Positions 44,101 to 55,830 of a stretch of DNA of 64,000 nucleotides are shown here, piece after piece. The position numbers and the translations under genes are program-made. Each line of letters opens with the position of its first letter. Positions within the stretch are counted from its first letter, which is position 1. The notes under the pieces are model-generated. The model saw only the letters and a program-made list of their open reading frames with translations, was not told the DNA's origin and made no database searches. The stretch is from Eledone cirrhosa (lineage: Eukaryota): contig OZ024745.1 in the NCBI GenBank assembly GCA_964016885.1, positions 43,834,001 to 43,898,000 of the forward strand, read 5' to 3'.

Positions 44101-46069
44101 ATACATACTTGCTTTGTCATTTCCCAGTCGGTTAGTATAACAATATTTGTTTAACACACGTTTTCAGATAAAAAAAATCTTGCAAAATAAATACAAAAAC
44201 GATATATATATATATTTATATAAAATAGCTAATTGGAATTTTAATCCTATGTTAGCCGTGTAGATACAATACTTTTAATAGCATACGAGACAACACACAA
44301 GGAGGCTAGTTTAGTAAACATGACCAACAGTATCAAGTAAAATTAGAACAGCGATATAATTTTTAAATAGTGATGACATTCGAGATTTGACTTAGCCAGA
44401 GGGCAACAAACTGACTACCGACATGCTTCTTTTCTCAGCCTATTTCATCTTACCAGTTCTGTATATTTTAATTAATGTGCAGGCAAGATACGAAATCCGG
44501 AAGTGAAATCTCAAAAGTTCTTACAGACTTTATGACTCCTTGTTCTTATGATTTCAAACCAACACGTAAAAAAATCGTATTGATATGGTAATAGCAGTAA
44601 TGGCAACATTAGTAGTTGTTATAGTAACACCGTACAGTTATCCTAAATAAAATATTTTCATATTTTTTAAACTGACATTTCACTTGTCAAATCTATTTCG
44701 TAATCACCATAACAATACTATTACATCAGCTAGATCTGTTGTTGCAATTACTAAGGTTATCCCGAATCACAATAGAATAAAATAGTCCAAGGTACACTGT
44801 ATCTGGAAAAGATGAGGTGATCACAACTGGGAGGTCTTTGATTATAGTCTACTCAACCTGAGCTGACCTATAGCTAAATAACTACTACTGCTGCTCTGAC
44901 TGCTACTACTATTGTTGCTGTTACTATTGCTGACAACAATGCGGCAGCAGCTATATCACATCATAAAAAAATAACAATAATTACGATTGTGACCATTACT
45001 TCAGGGCAACCTCGTTACAATTGATAAAATCCCGAATCACTTGTAAAATAACAACCGGAAGTGAACTGTGAAAACCAAAATTGAAATATTTTATTTCTAT
45101 TGTAAACATACAGAAAATCAATATCAATTTTAATTCTGTTGTAAATATTAATAAATTCGATATTAGGTTATAAACAAGGAAAAGAAACATCACAGTTAGC
45201 TTTCCCCTCCCGCATGATATATTGAGTGTATCCTTCAGAGATTTGAAAAAATAAATCAGTGTAAATCTGCACAAATTTCTTCTTTATTATTATTGTTGTT
45301 GTTGCTATCGTTGTTATCATTTTGTAGTCACCACCTCTATTTGGTCACTTGACATGCTAGAAGTAGCAATCAAATCTTTCTCAAATAACACCTTACTGTC
45401 TTAGAAAAGAATACGTCGAACAATCTAGAAGCCTCGAATACAAAAACACTGGATGTTCATGACTGGAACGCGTCTTATCTGCTTGACCAGGGCTGACCTA
45501 GAACTAAACAACAATGACAACTCTTTATTTATGTAGAATATGATGATGGGCGGATTTCCTCAGTGTTGATGCTGCTTTGCTTTGGAGATGACGACTGAAG
45601 GCTTGTGTCTGAGTCCTGCTCACAAAAGGAAATTATATACACATTACACCGTTTTGATTTCTTTGTGTAGTGAACACCGTGTGGTCAACGGCGAAATATA
45701 GTTTGTAATCTTATGCAGTTCTCTGAGCAGCTTCCAGAGAATGAACTTGGGTGACGATTACCTTTTCAAGTTTCAAAGTAGTCTTTAGTGAATATGATTA
45801 GAGATCTTGGTAATAAATGTATCACTAATGCTTTCTTCTCGATATACATTACCAGTTAACGACCAGGAATCTATAGTGCTTGGCAAGGCTGTGTAGAATT
45901 ATGACACAAAATTTAACGTTTTCATGCCTACAAAAAAAAAATTGTATTCAGCTTTTTAAATGAAGATGCAGTGAATGCTGACTATTCAGGGTTTCGATTA
46001 ACCATTAAGCAAAAGAAGCTCATGCTTAGGTCATCATGAGAAAGAGGGGCATCATTTTATTAAAATAAA

Positions 46070-47920
46070 ACGGGATTAATTTATTTCATAAATACATAAA
46101 TACATTACAAATCGTTTGCAATTCTTTCAGAATGAAAATATAACAGAGCATATAAATAAATTTACAGTAGAATAACATAACAAATATGTTTTAAATATAT
46201 ACATAAATAACATTACAAATGCTTGGACAACATTATAAATAGCTCGCGATTCTTTCAGAAAGATATATTCTTTCAATGTTACAATATTAAAGAAAATGCA
46301 AAGGAAGGGGTGAACAACGGAGCCAACACCAGAGCAAAAGACAGCAACGTCGCGAGTACTGGGCAACCTCCCTAATGATTTTTGAGGCAAGCGTTGCCTC
46401 GGGTGATGGCGAGGCTGATGCGCTGAAACAGCCAAGCGCCCTCGCGAGATTCGCCAGTTACCTCTATTAGGCGAGCCGCCAGTGAAGAGAGGTAACTCAC
46501 AGTCAGCGGCCCGACTCCCCCAAACGTCTCGAAACCCACAGGCTGAAAAATGTAGCTGGCCGACAGATCAGAGTATTTGAGGGTCTTACTCCGCTCGGCT
46601 GCAGAAGCTGTGGCTCTCGTCCTAACCGCACCATCCAGGATGTGGGAAAGAGCAAAAGAGTCACTAACAGTGATGTCCCAGACAAGGCACCTGCCTCTCG
46701 ACCAGGGACACAGGGTAAGACCGTCGGGTCTTTTGCCATCACTTCTGGACAACCCAGATGGTTCCAAGACTGAGGGGATATTCCCCCGGGCCAAAGCTTT
46801 CTTCAGAATGAGGTTTAGCTCCGTGTGACGCGCGAAGCAGCCGGCAAGAAAGACCGTGGAGTCGAGGAGTTTGCCGTATCGGCACCTCAAACCCATGCAG
46901 ACGTCAGCTCCCACTCTGAGGGCGATGGACACACGAAGTTCGTCCAGGCTGAGTAGGCCACCAACGTTGGCCACGGGTAGGGCATCAACCCAGTCGCCTG
47001 AGTATTTGGCGCTGGCAGATAGTAAGCGGCACCTTGCAAACTGATCTGACTGGACGAAGAGGGAGTCGAAGGTGGCCTTCGAACTTATGCTGTCCCAAGT
47101 TCTCTGACTTCGACTGTCCTCCACCTTCTCAGGAAGAGACAAGCCCAACTCACTCCATTGCTAGAGAGCTTCACCCAACTCCTTGTTGGAACTAGTCCAC
47201 GTTGGAGAGGAGATGATGTTGCTCACCAGGGTAAGCAAGCGTAGGTGGAGTAAAGGAAGCAGGGGAGAGAGAGGGACGAACACTTATGAAGACCAAGACC
47301 CCCAAATCGCTTGGGCAACGCAGCCTGATCGTGGGAGTCTAACATTGAACAGGTACTCGAGTCTCTCGAAGATTGGGTCGTCGAAGCGTTGGAGGCAGGA
47401 CGGAAATCTGTGAGAGGGGCTGACCCTGAGCAGATACAAAGGCTTAGGAATAGACAGGTAGTTCCTGAGTATGAAGAAACCTTGATGGGGTTCGATAACT
47501 TAGATATTCCTCAGCAGCTGTTCAAGGCCAACCATCTTCGATTGGAAGGTTGACTCGAAGGCCAGGTCTGTGATTGGGGCTCCTGAGGAGCACCAAGCCG
47601 ACGGGGGAGGGACCGCGATGGAAGGGGAGGACTCTGCAAACAGGTCGGTTAGCTGTTTGTGTTGAGAAGCCGGGTGGTTGAGGATCCAGAGCTCACATTT
47701 GGAGCTATTGATCTGAAGACCCCGGCGGCCAATCTCCTCCACCATCTTGTTGACAATGGAGAGAACCATATCCGGAGTTCCCCCCAAACAGGCGTCGTCG
47801 AGGTACCAGACATTGAGGTCCAACTCAACCTCTATCTTGGTGACGTCATCAATGCTCAATGCAAACAGAGTGGGCCCGAGTGGGTCACTCTATTGGACTC
47901 CTGATGCAGAGGTGATGATA
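46070..47920 (-). mobile_element. CRE-clade non-LTR retrotransposon (RT plus restriction-like endonuclease), 5'-truncated and frameshifted
   Basis: GV..SDPLGPTLFAL, VWYLDD, RHTELN, EPSGLSRSDGKRPDGLTL.PW..G..LVWD, PVGFETFG, FQRISLAITRGNA; AT-rich 3' UTR. Confidence 0.85.
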
Positions 47921-48556
47921 AAATAAAATGTATTTGACATCTCCCCCACCAATTACCATTTTTTTTGTTTTTTGCAGACTTTATATACGAGGTAGCACCA
48001 TAATTATTAAAGTACTTAGGATTTCAGGAGGACTTAATCCCACCCTGTAACTATTGCAGTATTGTTTGAAGATTGAAGGTGAGATGGCGTTTATAAGCAG
48101 AGTCCTTTGTTGTTCAGTTGAGTCTGAGAATGCAGGAATTGTATTCTTTTATTTATCAACACAAATTAGGAGCCGTGATATTTTTAACTGATAGTTGTAT
48201 AGTATTAGAATTAGAAAAAACAACAACATAGAATTTCAAAAGGAACGATGGAATCCAGGTTTCCAGTGCTTGTATCTGAAGAAATGCTATCAAAGCAAAC
48301 TGGCCGAAGAAACTTTTTCATTGTTATTGTATTTTACCATGGAAAGACGTGTGTCGAGTATTAAATTATTTATTCGACTAAAGCGTTTAACTTCAGTATT
48401 TGAAACAAGTGTAAATGTGTCCGCTTTCATTGCAAATGGTTGGTTGTTAACCTTCACACAAAGTATGCCATAATGAGCTGAGACCGGATAGAGCTATAAT
48501 GATTTCATAACTTTAAAAAAAAAAAAAAAATGTATGCATTATTGTGACTACCAGTG

Positions 48557-48750
48557 AAGGCGGCGGTCTAGTGTTTATGGTGTTGACCATACGATCATCT
48601 GTTTCAGTTGACCCATAGTCTCGACAGGAGTAGCTAGGGGTTAACCCAACAATGGTCTGACATCCCATCCAGGGCGGAGTTTTGTATTCACAGTTGCTCA
48701 ACGCTAATAAAACCGTGATAAGCACCGGCCAGGTGAGCCTTTGGGATAGA
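48557..48750 (+). mobile_element. Degenerate tRNA-derived SINE with V-domain-like core
   Basis: GGCGGCGGTCTAGTGTTTA head; GGGGTTAACCC..ATGGTCTGACATCCCATCCAGGG...AAACCGTGATAAGCACCGGCC. Confidence 0.5.
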
Positions 48751-48784
48751 CTATAATTCTAACTGTTACGATGAGTTGTCAGGT

Positions 48785-49095
48785 GATGCCCGTGGTAATG
48801 CTGCGAGCGCGTTGGCTTGCCTGAAGTATGCAGTTAACCCCCAAGTGTGAAGCACGGCCGATTGTCACACTTGGTGGTGAATTGTCCCCCTCCCCCGTTC
48901 TTCTTTCCTTTATCATTTTTGTTCATGAATTTATATTATTGTGTTATTATACACGGTTTAGTCATATTTGTCTTTCTGAACAAATTGCGAGCAATTTATA
49001 ATGTTATTTACGCATTTGTTATGTTATTTATGTATATATTAAAAACATATTTGCAACGTTTTTCTACTATAAATTTATATAACTGTAATAAAATT
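48785..49095 (+). mobile_element. CRE 3' end (last codons plus 3' UTR)
   Basis: RGNAASALACLK; 48970-49090 is the inverted homolog of 46140-46263. Confidence 0.65.
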
Positions 49096-49139
49096 GTTAA
49101 CTTCTATAGCAGGTAAGTAAATTTTTTAAAAATACTTTT

Positions 49140-49420
49140 TTTTACTTGTTTCAGTCACTAGACTGCGACCATGTTGGGGTACCGCATCGATTTAGTCAAT
49201 CATATCGAATCAGTACTTATTTTTTAAAAAAGTTTAGTAATTATTTTATCGATCACTTTAATGTCGAACCAGTAAGTTATGAAACACAAACGCAAACATG
49301 GAAACACACACACATACATATATACGACGGGCTTCTGCATAGGTCAATCCGAGACGGTAGCAGACACTTGCCTAGATGTTTTAATTATGAAGTAAACTCC
49401 TTAGACACTCAGCTATAGCT
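49140..49420 (-). mobile_element. Degenerate SINE-like repeat (another family)
   Basis: TTTACTTGTTTCAGTCA..GACTGCG.CCATG and ATACGACGGGCTTC motifs. Confidence 0.5.
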
Positions 49421-49745
49421 GTTATTATTATTTTTTTATTCTCGAATGTGAATCGTTATTTATTTTAGTTTATGAATTAACCCTTTCTGACCTGAATTAT
49501 TTATTTACACTGAACATGTATTATCCTTGATTTAACACAGCTCATCTGATGAATTTGAAATAGCAGCATAAAAAATATCGCAGACGAAAACATTCAGGTT
49601 ACAGTCAGAATTTTTGTAAATTACTGTTTTTAGATAATTAACTCTTAACGTCCTATACCACATGAAACCACAGTAGCAAGATAGTCTTGAAAAATACAAA
49701 GTACCTTTTTATGGTATTGCTAAGGTAATGTGTTGTTAGAGTATA

Positions 49746-49927
49746 AATAATTGTTTCTACTTTAGGCACAAGGCCAGCAAATACCCAGTCCATTACTGGT
49801 ACTTTATTTTATCGACCCCGTAAGGATGAAAGGCAAAGTCAACCTCGGCGGGATTTGAACTCAGATCGTAAAGGGACGTAACTCTGCAAAGCATGGTGTC
49901 TGACGCTCTACCCATACTGCCAATCCA
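49746..49927 (-). mobile_element. SINE family B, single near-complete copy
   Basis: Minus strand TTGGCAGTATGGGTAGAGCG (A box), GAGTTCAAATCC (B box), core, CCTTGTGCCTAAAGTAGAAACAATTATT tail. Confidence 0.85.
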
Positions 49928-50878
49928 AAGAGGAGTGAGGTGATATGTCTTGGTAGAGTATGAATAGTAAAGAGGGCTGAGGTAATGGTTCCATTCATTT
50001 TGAGCGAAACATTAAGAGAACGGTAATTTCAACGAAGATTAATTTTAAGTGAAATATATACTAACGTACATTTGGAACAACTGACGTCAGTGGGTATTAA
50101 CTTAAATGACCTTGATATTTTTCAAATCAGTTAACATTCGTAGTTAACCCATCATGAACATTATAGAAAGGATAAAGCTACTTAAATCACAATTACATGG
50201 CGTTGTCAAGTGAAGGGCTGCAAAGAACAGTTGAGTCCCTCATTTGAATACAGTAAGTATAGAAATCGCACTGAGAAAGGTGAACACTCACATACTCCCT
50301 AATCTGTTAAAGTCGGCAAGGAGAAAGTCAAAGAAAAAATCTGCAAAGCTGTTGTAACAATGCATGATCAACCAAGACGCATACTCCAAGATGCTGTTGC
50401 TGGTCTACCAAATGAACTTGTAGCAAAGATTGGATCAGGAGCAAAATTAAAACGTACCATATCTAGGAGGTGAAGAGCTATGGGGAACTACCCTCCACCC
50501 CTTCAATCAGTTACATCCATCGTTATTTCAAAACCCCTGTGATCTACTTTCATGGGTGATAATTTTATCCTCCATGATGCCCAAAGTGTCTTTAAAAAAA
50601 CAGTTTGAGGTTGGCTCAAACTGACATCACTCAATAGGCATCGCTCAAAATGCATATAATTTTAACTTGGCTCAAAATGACTTCGCTGAACTTGACTTCA
50701 CTCAAACGACTGGACATGGAGGTAATATGTCTTGTTAGAGCAGGAATGGTAAAGAGAACTGAGGTAATGTGTCTTGGTAGAGAATAAATAGTAAAGAGGA
50801 CTGAGGTAATGTGTCTTGATAGAGTAAGAGAAGAACAGAGGAATAAGGTAATATGTCTTGTTAGAGTATGAATAGTAA
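49928..50878. repeat. ~42-bp minisatellite interrupted by the MULE remnant
   Basis: Unit GAGGTAATRTGTCTTGGTAGAGTATGAATAGTAAAGAGGACT. Confidence 0.8.
49987..50717 (+). mobile_element. Internally deleted Mutator-like (MULE) element with FLYWCH zinc-finger remnant
   Basis: From 50192: ITWRCQVKGCK...GEHSH...PRRILQD...LKRTISRR...GDNFILHD, with stops. Imperfect TIRs; (T/G)GAGGTAAT duplication at 49978-49986 and 50718-50726. Confidence 0.75.
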
Positions 50879-52569
50879 ATCCAGATCAGTGTTCTGTGTG
50901 TACAGTATGTAAGATATATAAGTAGTGTTTCTGAAAGTGGATTCCTTGAAAAAATTCTGGCATTCCATGAAATAAGGTGTGTTTTAATAAAAATCTGTTT
51001 TTTTTTTTAAATCTTCCATCATAATTTCATAATTTTATGTAAGAACATTTCTTAAGTTATGCTTCAAACACCAGTTTAATAATGAGAAAGTTACTAAATC
51101 CTTTAAAATTCTTGAGTATTTTCAAAATTATTTGAAAATAATTGGCAGTGTCTTCCATTTGAAATATAAGGAAATGGTTAAATGCTTTTAGTGAGAAACA
51201 GAGTAGTGGTGAGTGACTAAGTAAAATTTTGCTTCATTTAAAGTCTTATTAAAATTAAAGTGGCTATGAGTTCTGTGATTTTTTAGAAAATCATATAATA
51301 AATGTGATTGACAAAATAAGTTTGGAAACCACTGCCACAGAACATACAAATTAATTAAATTAATTAAGAAAACCTTTTATGCTTTGCTCTATAACCATTT
51401 GGGATTTATAAACTTTTCAGATACATCAGACAAACTTGACCACTGATGGGTCACAATTTCAGATCTCATTCATGTCTGATCTCATCCAGATCTTATTCAT
51501 GTCTGCTAAAAAAGGGTTTTGAATGACAAATGCATTTAATTTGAATAAAGAATAAAAAGGTGCCCTCTTCATTTGATGTCCTAAAGGCATGTGTATATCT
51601 AGCCCCGGTTGTGTTTCTAAGAGATACATTATATAAAGACATCATATGCAATGGTGCTCTTACATAAGATGCTGAACTCGATGCTGCAACCTAAAGCTAA
51701 TGAAACACTCATTGATTTTACAGTGCTCCTGTCACTGAGAGCAGGTTTATCATTATAGTGCATAAATAAAAAAGACCCACCACATCACTATATGCAAATA
51801 GGATTGTTTTATATTTACATCAATGATATCCAAGCACTGGAAAACTAGTCCTGTTGACTTCACAGAGACAGAAATGGGAGTTGTGATTCATTTTCTCCCA
51901 ACGCCATTAAATACACAAGCAGATAGCAAATCTCATGGCCAATAAACCTTCTCCCTGCCTATTCCCCCTCTTACTCTCTTCCCATCATCATTTTTTCTTC
52001 TTCCTCCTCCTACACATCATCTTTTCCTTCTCTTCCTCCTTCCCATCATCCTTTCCTCCTCCACAACCTCCTCCTCCTACTACTACTACTACTACTACTA
52101 CTATTACTACTTTTACTATTACCTCCTTCTCCTCCCCCATCACCACCACCACCACCACCACCTCTTCTACCTCACTCCCTCCTCTGCTCTCCTTCTCACT
52201 CTTCCTCCTACCAAAACTTTTTAAAAAACATGACATTTAGGCCAATAGTTTTATTTTTTTTATAAAAGCAATTCACTTTTACTTTGGCCTTAAGATTTCT
52301 TTTAGTGAGTCACAATGTTCTTTTATGGAAAGTGGGGAAATGATATAATCATTAATATAATCAACCTTGTGTTTTACTGGCTTTTAATTTGATCAGCATT
52401 CAAGTGTTGAAGAAAAATAGTCAGCTTAGCTTAGCTCTCTGCTTTTGAGTTTTGTTGGGACCAGTTCACCACACTCTCATTATTGTGGCTATGTTGAGCA
52501 AATAGCTGTGCATATGTGTGTGAGAGAGAGAGAATGTGCATGAGACAGAGTGTGTGTGCAAAAGAATGT

Positions 52570-52780
52570 TACGTATGAGAAAGAGAATGTGTGTATGTGA
52601 AAGCAAGAGTATTTGTGTGAGAAAGAGAGAGGATATGTGTATGTAAAAGCAAGAGTATGTGTATGAGAAAGAGAGAGGATATGTGTATGTGAAAGCAAGA
52701 GTATGTGTATGAGAAAGAGAGAGGATATGTGTATGTGAAAGCAAGAGTATGTGTATGAGAAAGAGAGAGAATGTATGTGT
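52570..52780. repeat. 46-bp tandem repeat
   Basis: GTATGAGAAAGAGAGAGGATATGTGTATGTGAAAGCAAGAGTATGT, about 4.5 copies. Confidence 0.9.
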
Positions 52781-54753
52781 GCATGAGGTTCTCCAAGGCT
52801 GATTTGTTCTTGATATTCTACATCAGTAATTCACAAACAATGCTCTGCTTCACATTGGAGTATCATGAAATGTAGCTAGATGCTCTGTCAGACATTTTGG
52901 GGAGCTTGACTGCTAATAATGAGGTTCTTATTTACCAATGCATTAGGTGATGCTCACGAAGGAGCTTGGTTATTCCATCTTAGCCCCGCTATCAGCCACA
53001 GCAATACCACAAGTGAGTTTGGCTTGCCGCAAATATTATTAGAAGGAAACTCCAGCATCCCTTGGTATGGCATGTGATTGAGTGTGAGTCTCTCTCTCTT
53101 TGTTTTTTCTCTTTCTTGTATTATATCAATTGTATTTGTATGCATAATTATGTGAAATAAAAACAATCTTATATGTCATTTATATATTTATGCTGAACAT
53201 TTATATAATTATATTATTTGATATAAATAGTTTACATAAAATACATATTTAAAAATATGTAAAAACTACAAACTGAAATTGTAAGTATACTGGCCAAGAA
53301 CACAAGTGCCCTAGTGTTGTAATGTGGTAGTACTGGTGCCACGATAAAAGGCACCCAGCCCACTCTGTAAAGTAGAAGTGCTGGTGCCACAATAAAGTAC
53401 ACCCAGCCCTCACTGTAAAGTGGTAGTGCCGGTGCCACAATAAAATGCACCCAGTCCACTCTGTCAAACCCACTGCTAGCAAGGGTTGGATATGTTATCA
53501 CAGACAATGTCAGTATTTAATTAGAGTTACTAACCTTTGTGATGGGTTAGGAGCTGCATCTCACTTTCATGTTTCCACGCTTTTTCTCTCTTCAGAGTGT
53601 GCTGAGTGTATTTTCATATTACCAGCACTAGAGAGGTTGTCATGTTTCTAATATAATTGAAGAATTCTCTGTATCCTTTCTTTAGCAAGTAATCTTTACA
53701 GAGTGTCCTAAATGCATTTTATCATGTCACCAACACTAGAGAGGTTATCATGCCTTTGTCACAACTGAAGAATCTTCAACCCTTTATTTGACATTGTTTC
53801 TATGGCTGGATGTCTTTGCTCTCACAAAATTTTACATGGTGTACTGAGTGCATTTTTTGTGGCACCAATGCTAGAGACGCTGCCGAGCTGTGGCTGAAGA
53901 ATCTTCTCAAATCTTTTGTTTGGTTTCTACATCTGGGAGCCCTTCCTAGCCATTTTAAAGTGTGTACTGAGTGCATTTTATCATGGTACCAACACTATGG
54001 GATTTGCTGGTTGTTAGCTCTACTGAAGAGCCCTCCTTACCCTTTACGGGAGGGGATAGGAAATATGTCAAAGCTAAGGGGCTATGGTAGAGTGTATGAC
54101 AAGTATAATGCCATAGGTGTATGGTGGGTATGATAGGGAAATGGATGAGAAAGTATGTCATGGGTCTATGATAGTGTGATGGGATTTGGCAGATATAAGA
54201 GGGAGGGATCTTTGATAGAGGGGCTGCACAGTGATGATGCTAACAGCTACTAAGGAGTTATAGCTAGTGCTTTAGAAGTTAAGTAGGCTGAAGGAAGTGG
54301 TCCTGAGCACAGCGTACAGTGATGGTGAGGATATTTACTATAGGAAGGGAGAGGTGCATATGTGGATGGGTCAAGTCACAGTTTTATGCTGGTAGGTAGG
54401 TCTTCTCTAGTATGGCATAATTATTATCTCTTTTATATTTTCTGTCCTATTTAAAAAGATAGTATGCTGACATTGACAGGGTAACATTGACAGGGTAACA
54501 TTCCAAAGAAACTGGTGATAACCATTGGAAAGTGTGGCATTTATTTTATGAAACAACTTTTTTTTAAAGATATGTTAAATACACCCTATACTCATTCATG
54601 TCTTGCCACTGGGCATAAATTGCTGTAGTGTGCTATAATTAGCTATCAAAGAATATATCGGCTACTAGGATATTGTATAGCTGTCCATTGGAATTAAATG
54701 CAACAGGCAGAAGAAAGAAGGAAAATAAAAGAAAGAATAGGTTGGAGGAGACA

Positions 54754-55505
54754 TAATAATAATGATTTCTACTATAGGCACAAGGCCAGCAATTTTTGGG
54801 GAGGGGAAAGTTGATTAAATTGCCTCCAGTGCATTACTGGTACTTTATTTTATCGACCCCGTAAGGATGAAAGGCAAAGCTAACCTCGGAGGGATTTGAA
54901 CTCATACAATAGTGATAATAAATTGTTTCTACTTTTGGCACAAGGCCAGAAATTATCGCAGTACATTACTGGTACTTTATTTATTGACCCCCGTAAGATG
55001 AAAGGCAAAGTTAACCTTGGCGGGATTATTATAATAATAATTGTTTCTACTTTTGGCACAAAGCCAGCAATTACCCAGTGTATTACTGGTACTTTATTTT
55101 GTCGACCCCGAAAGGTTGAAAGGTAAAGTTAACCTCGGCGGGATTTGAACTCAGTCGGTAAAGGGACGTAACTGTGCTGCAAAGCATAATAATGGTTTCT
55201 TATATAGACGCAAGGCCATCAATTTTGGGGGAGGGGAATGTTGATTAAATCAACCCCAGTGCATTACTGGTGCTTTATTTTATCGACCCCATAAGGATGA
55301 AAAGCAAAGTTAACCTCAGTGGGATTTGAACACATATAATAATTGTTTCTACTATTGGCACAAGGCCAGCAATTATCCAGTGTATTACTGGTACTTTATT
55401 TTATCGACCCCGTAAGGATGAAAGGCAAAGTTAACCTCGGCGGGAAAGGGGCGTAACTCTATGCTGGAAGGCATGGCGTCCGACACTCTACCGATACTGC
55501 CAATA
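54754..55505 (-). mobile_element. Head-to-tail array of five SINE family B copies
   Basis: Tails start near 54755, 54920, 55030, 55186 and 55337; most copies are truncated at or near the B box. Confidence 0.88.
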
Positions 55506-55830
55506 CAGTAATAATTAGTAGGAGTAGGAGAAGAAGAAGACAGTATATAGCTTTGTAACAGTGTCTACTATAATGGTTTCTTTATTAGCCACAAGGGCTG
55601 ACACGAAGAAAAACATTAGAGACGGCACAGAACAGTACAGGACGATACAAAGTGGGTTTTGGCCGTGTAAAAAAGGTTATAACAAGATAGAAATAGGAAA
55701 AAAAATCAAACAACAGAAAATTCAATAATAGGGGGGAAACTTCCGAGGGTCACTCGTGATGAAAACCACACAAAAGACCACGGCCACCCTGACCACCAGG
55801 ACAAGTGCCCTTTCTCAATGTTCCCACTCC

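Noticed and set aside
49543-49572. CTGATGAATTTGAAA
   Set aside because: Only 4 nt between the core halves and no stem I
51935-52240. Pro/Thr/Ser-rich mucin-like ORF
   Set aside because: Made of CCT/ACT/ACC trinucleotide repeats, with no splice or homology support
54754-55505. Repeat-spacer appearance resembling a CRISPR array
   Set aside because: Units are 110-180-bp SINE copies with Pol III boxes; no unique spacers, no cas genes, eukaryotic context
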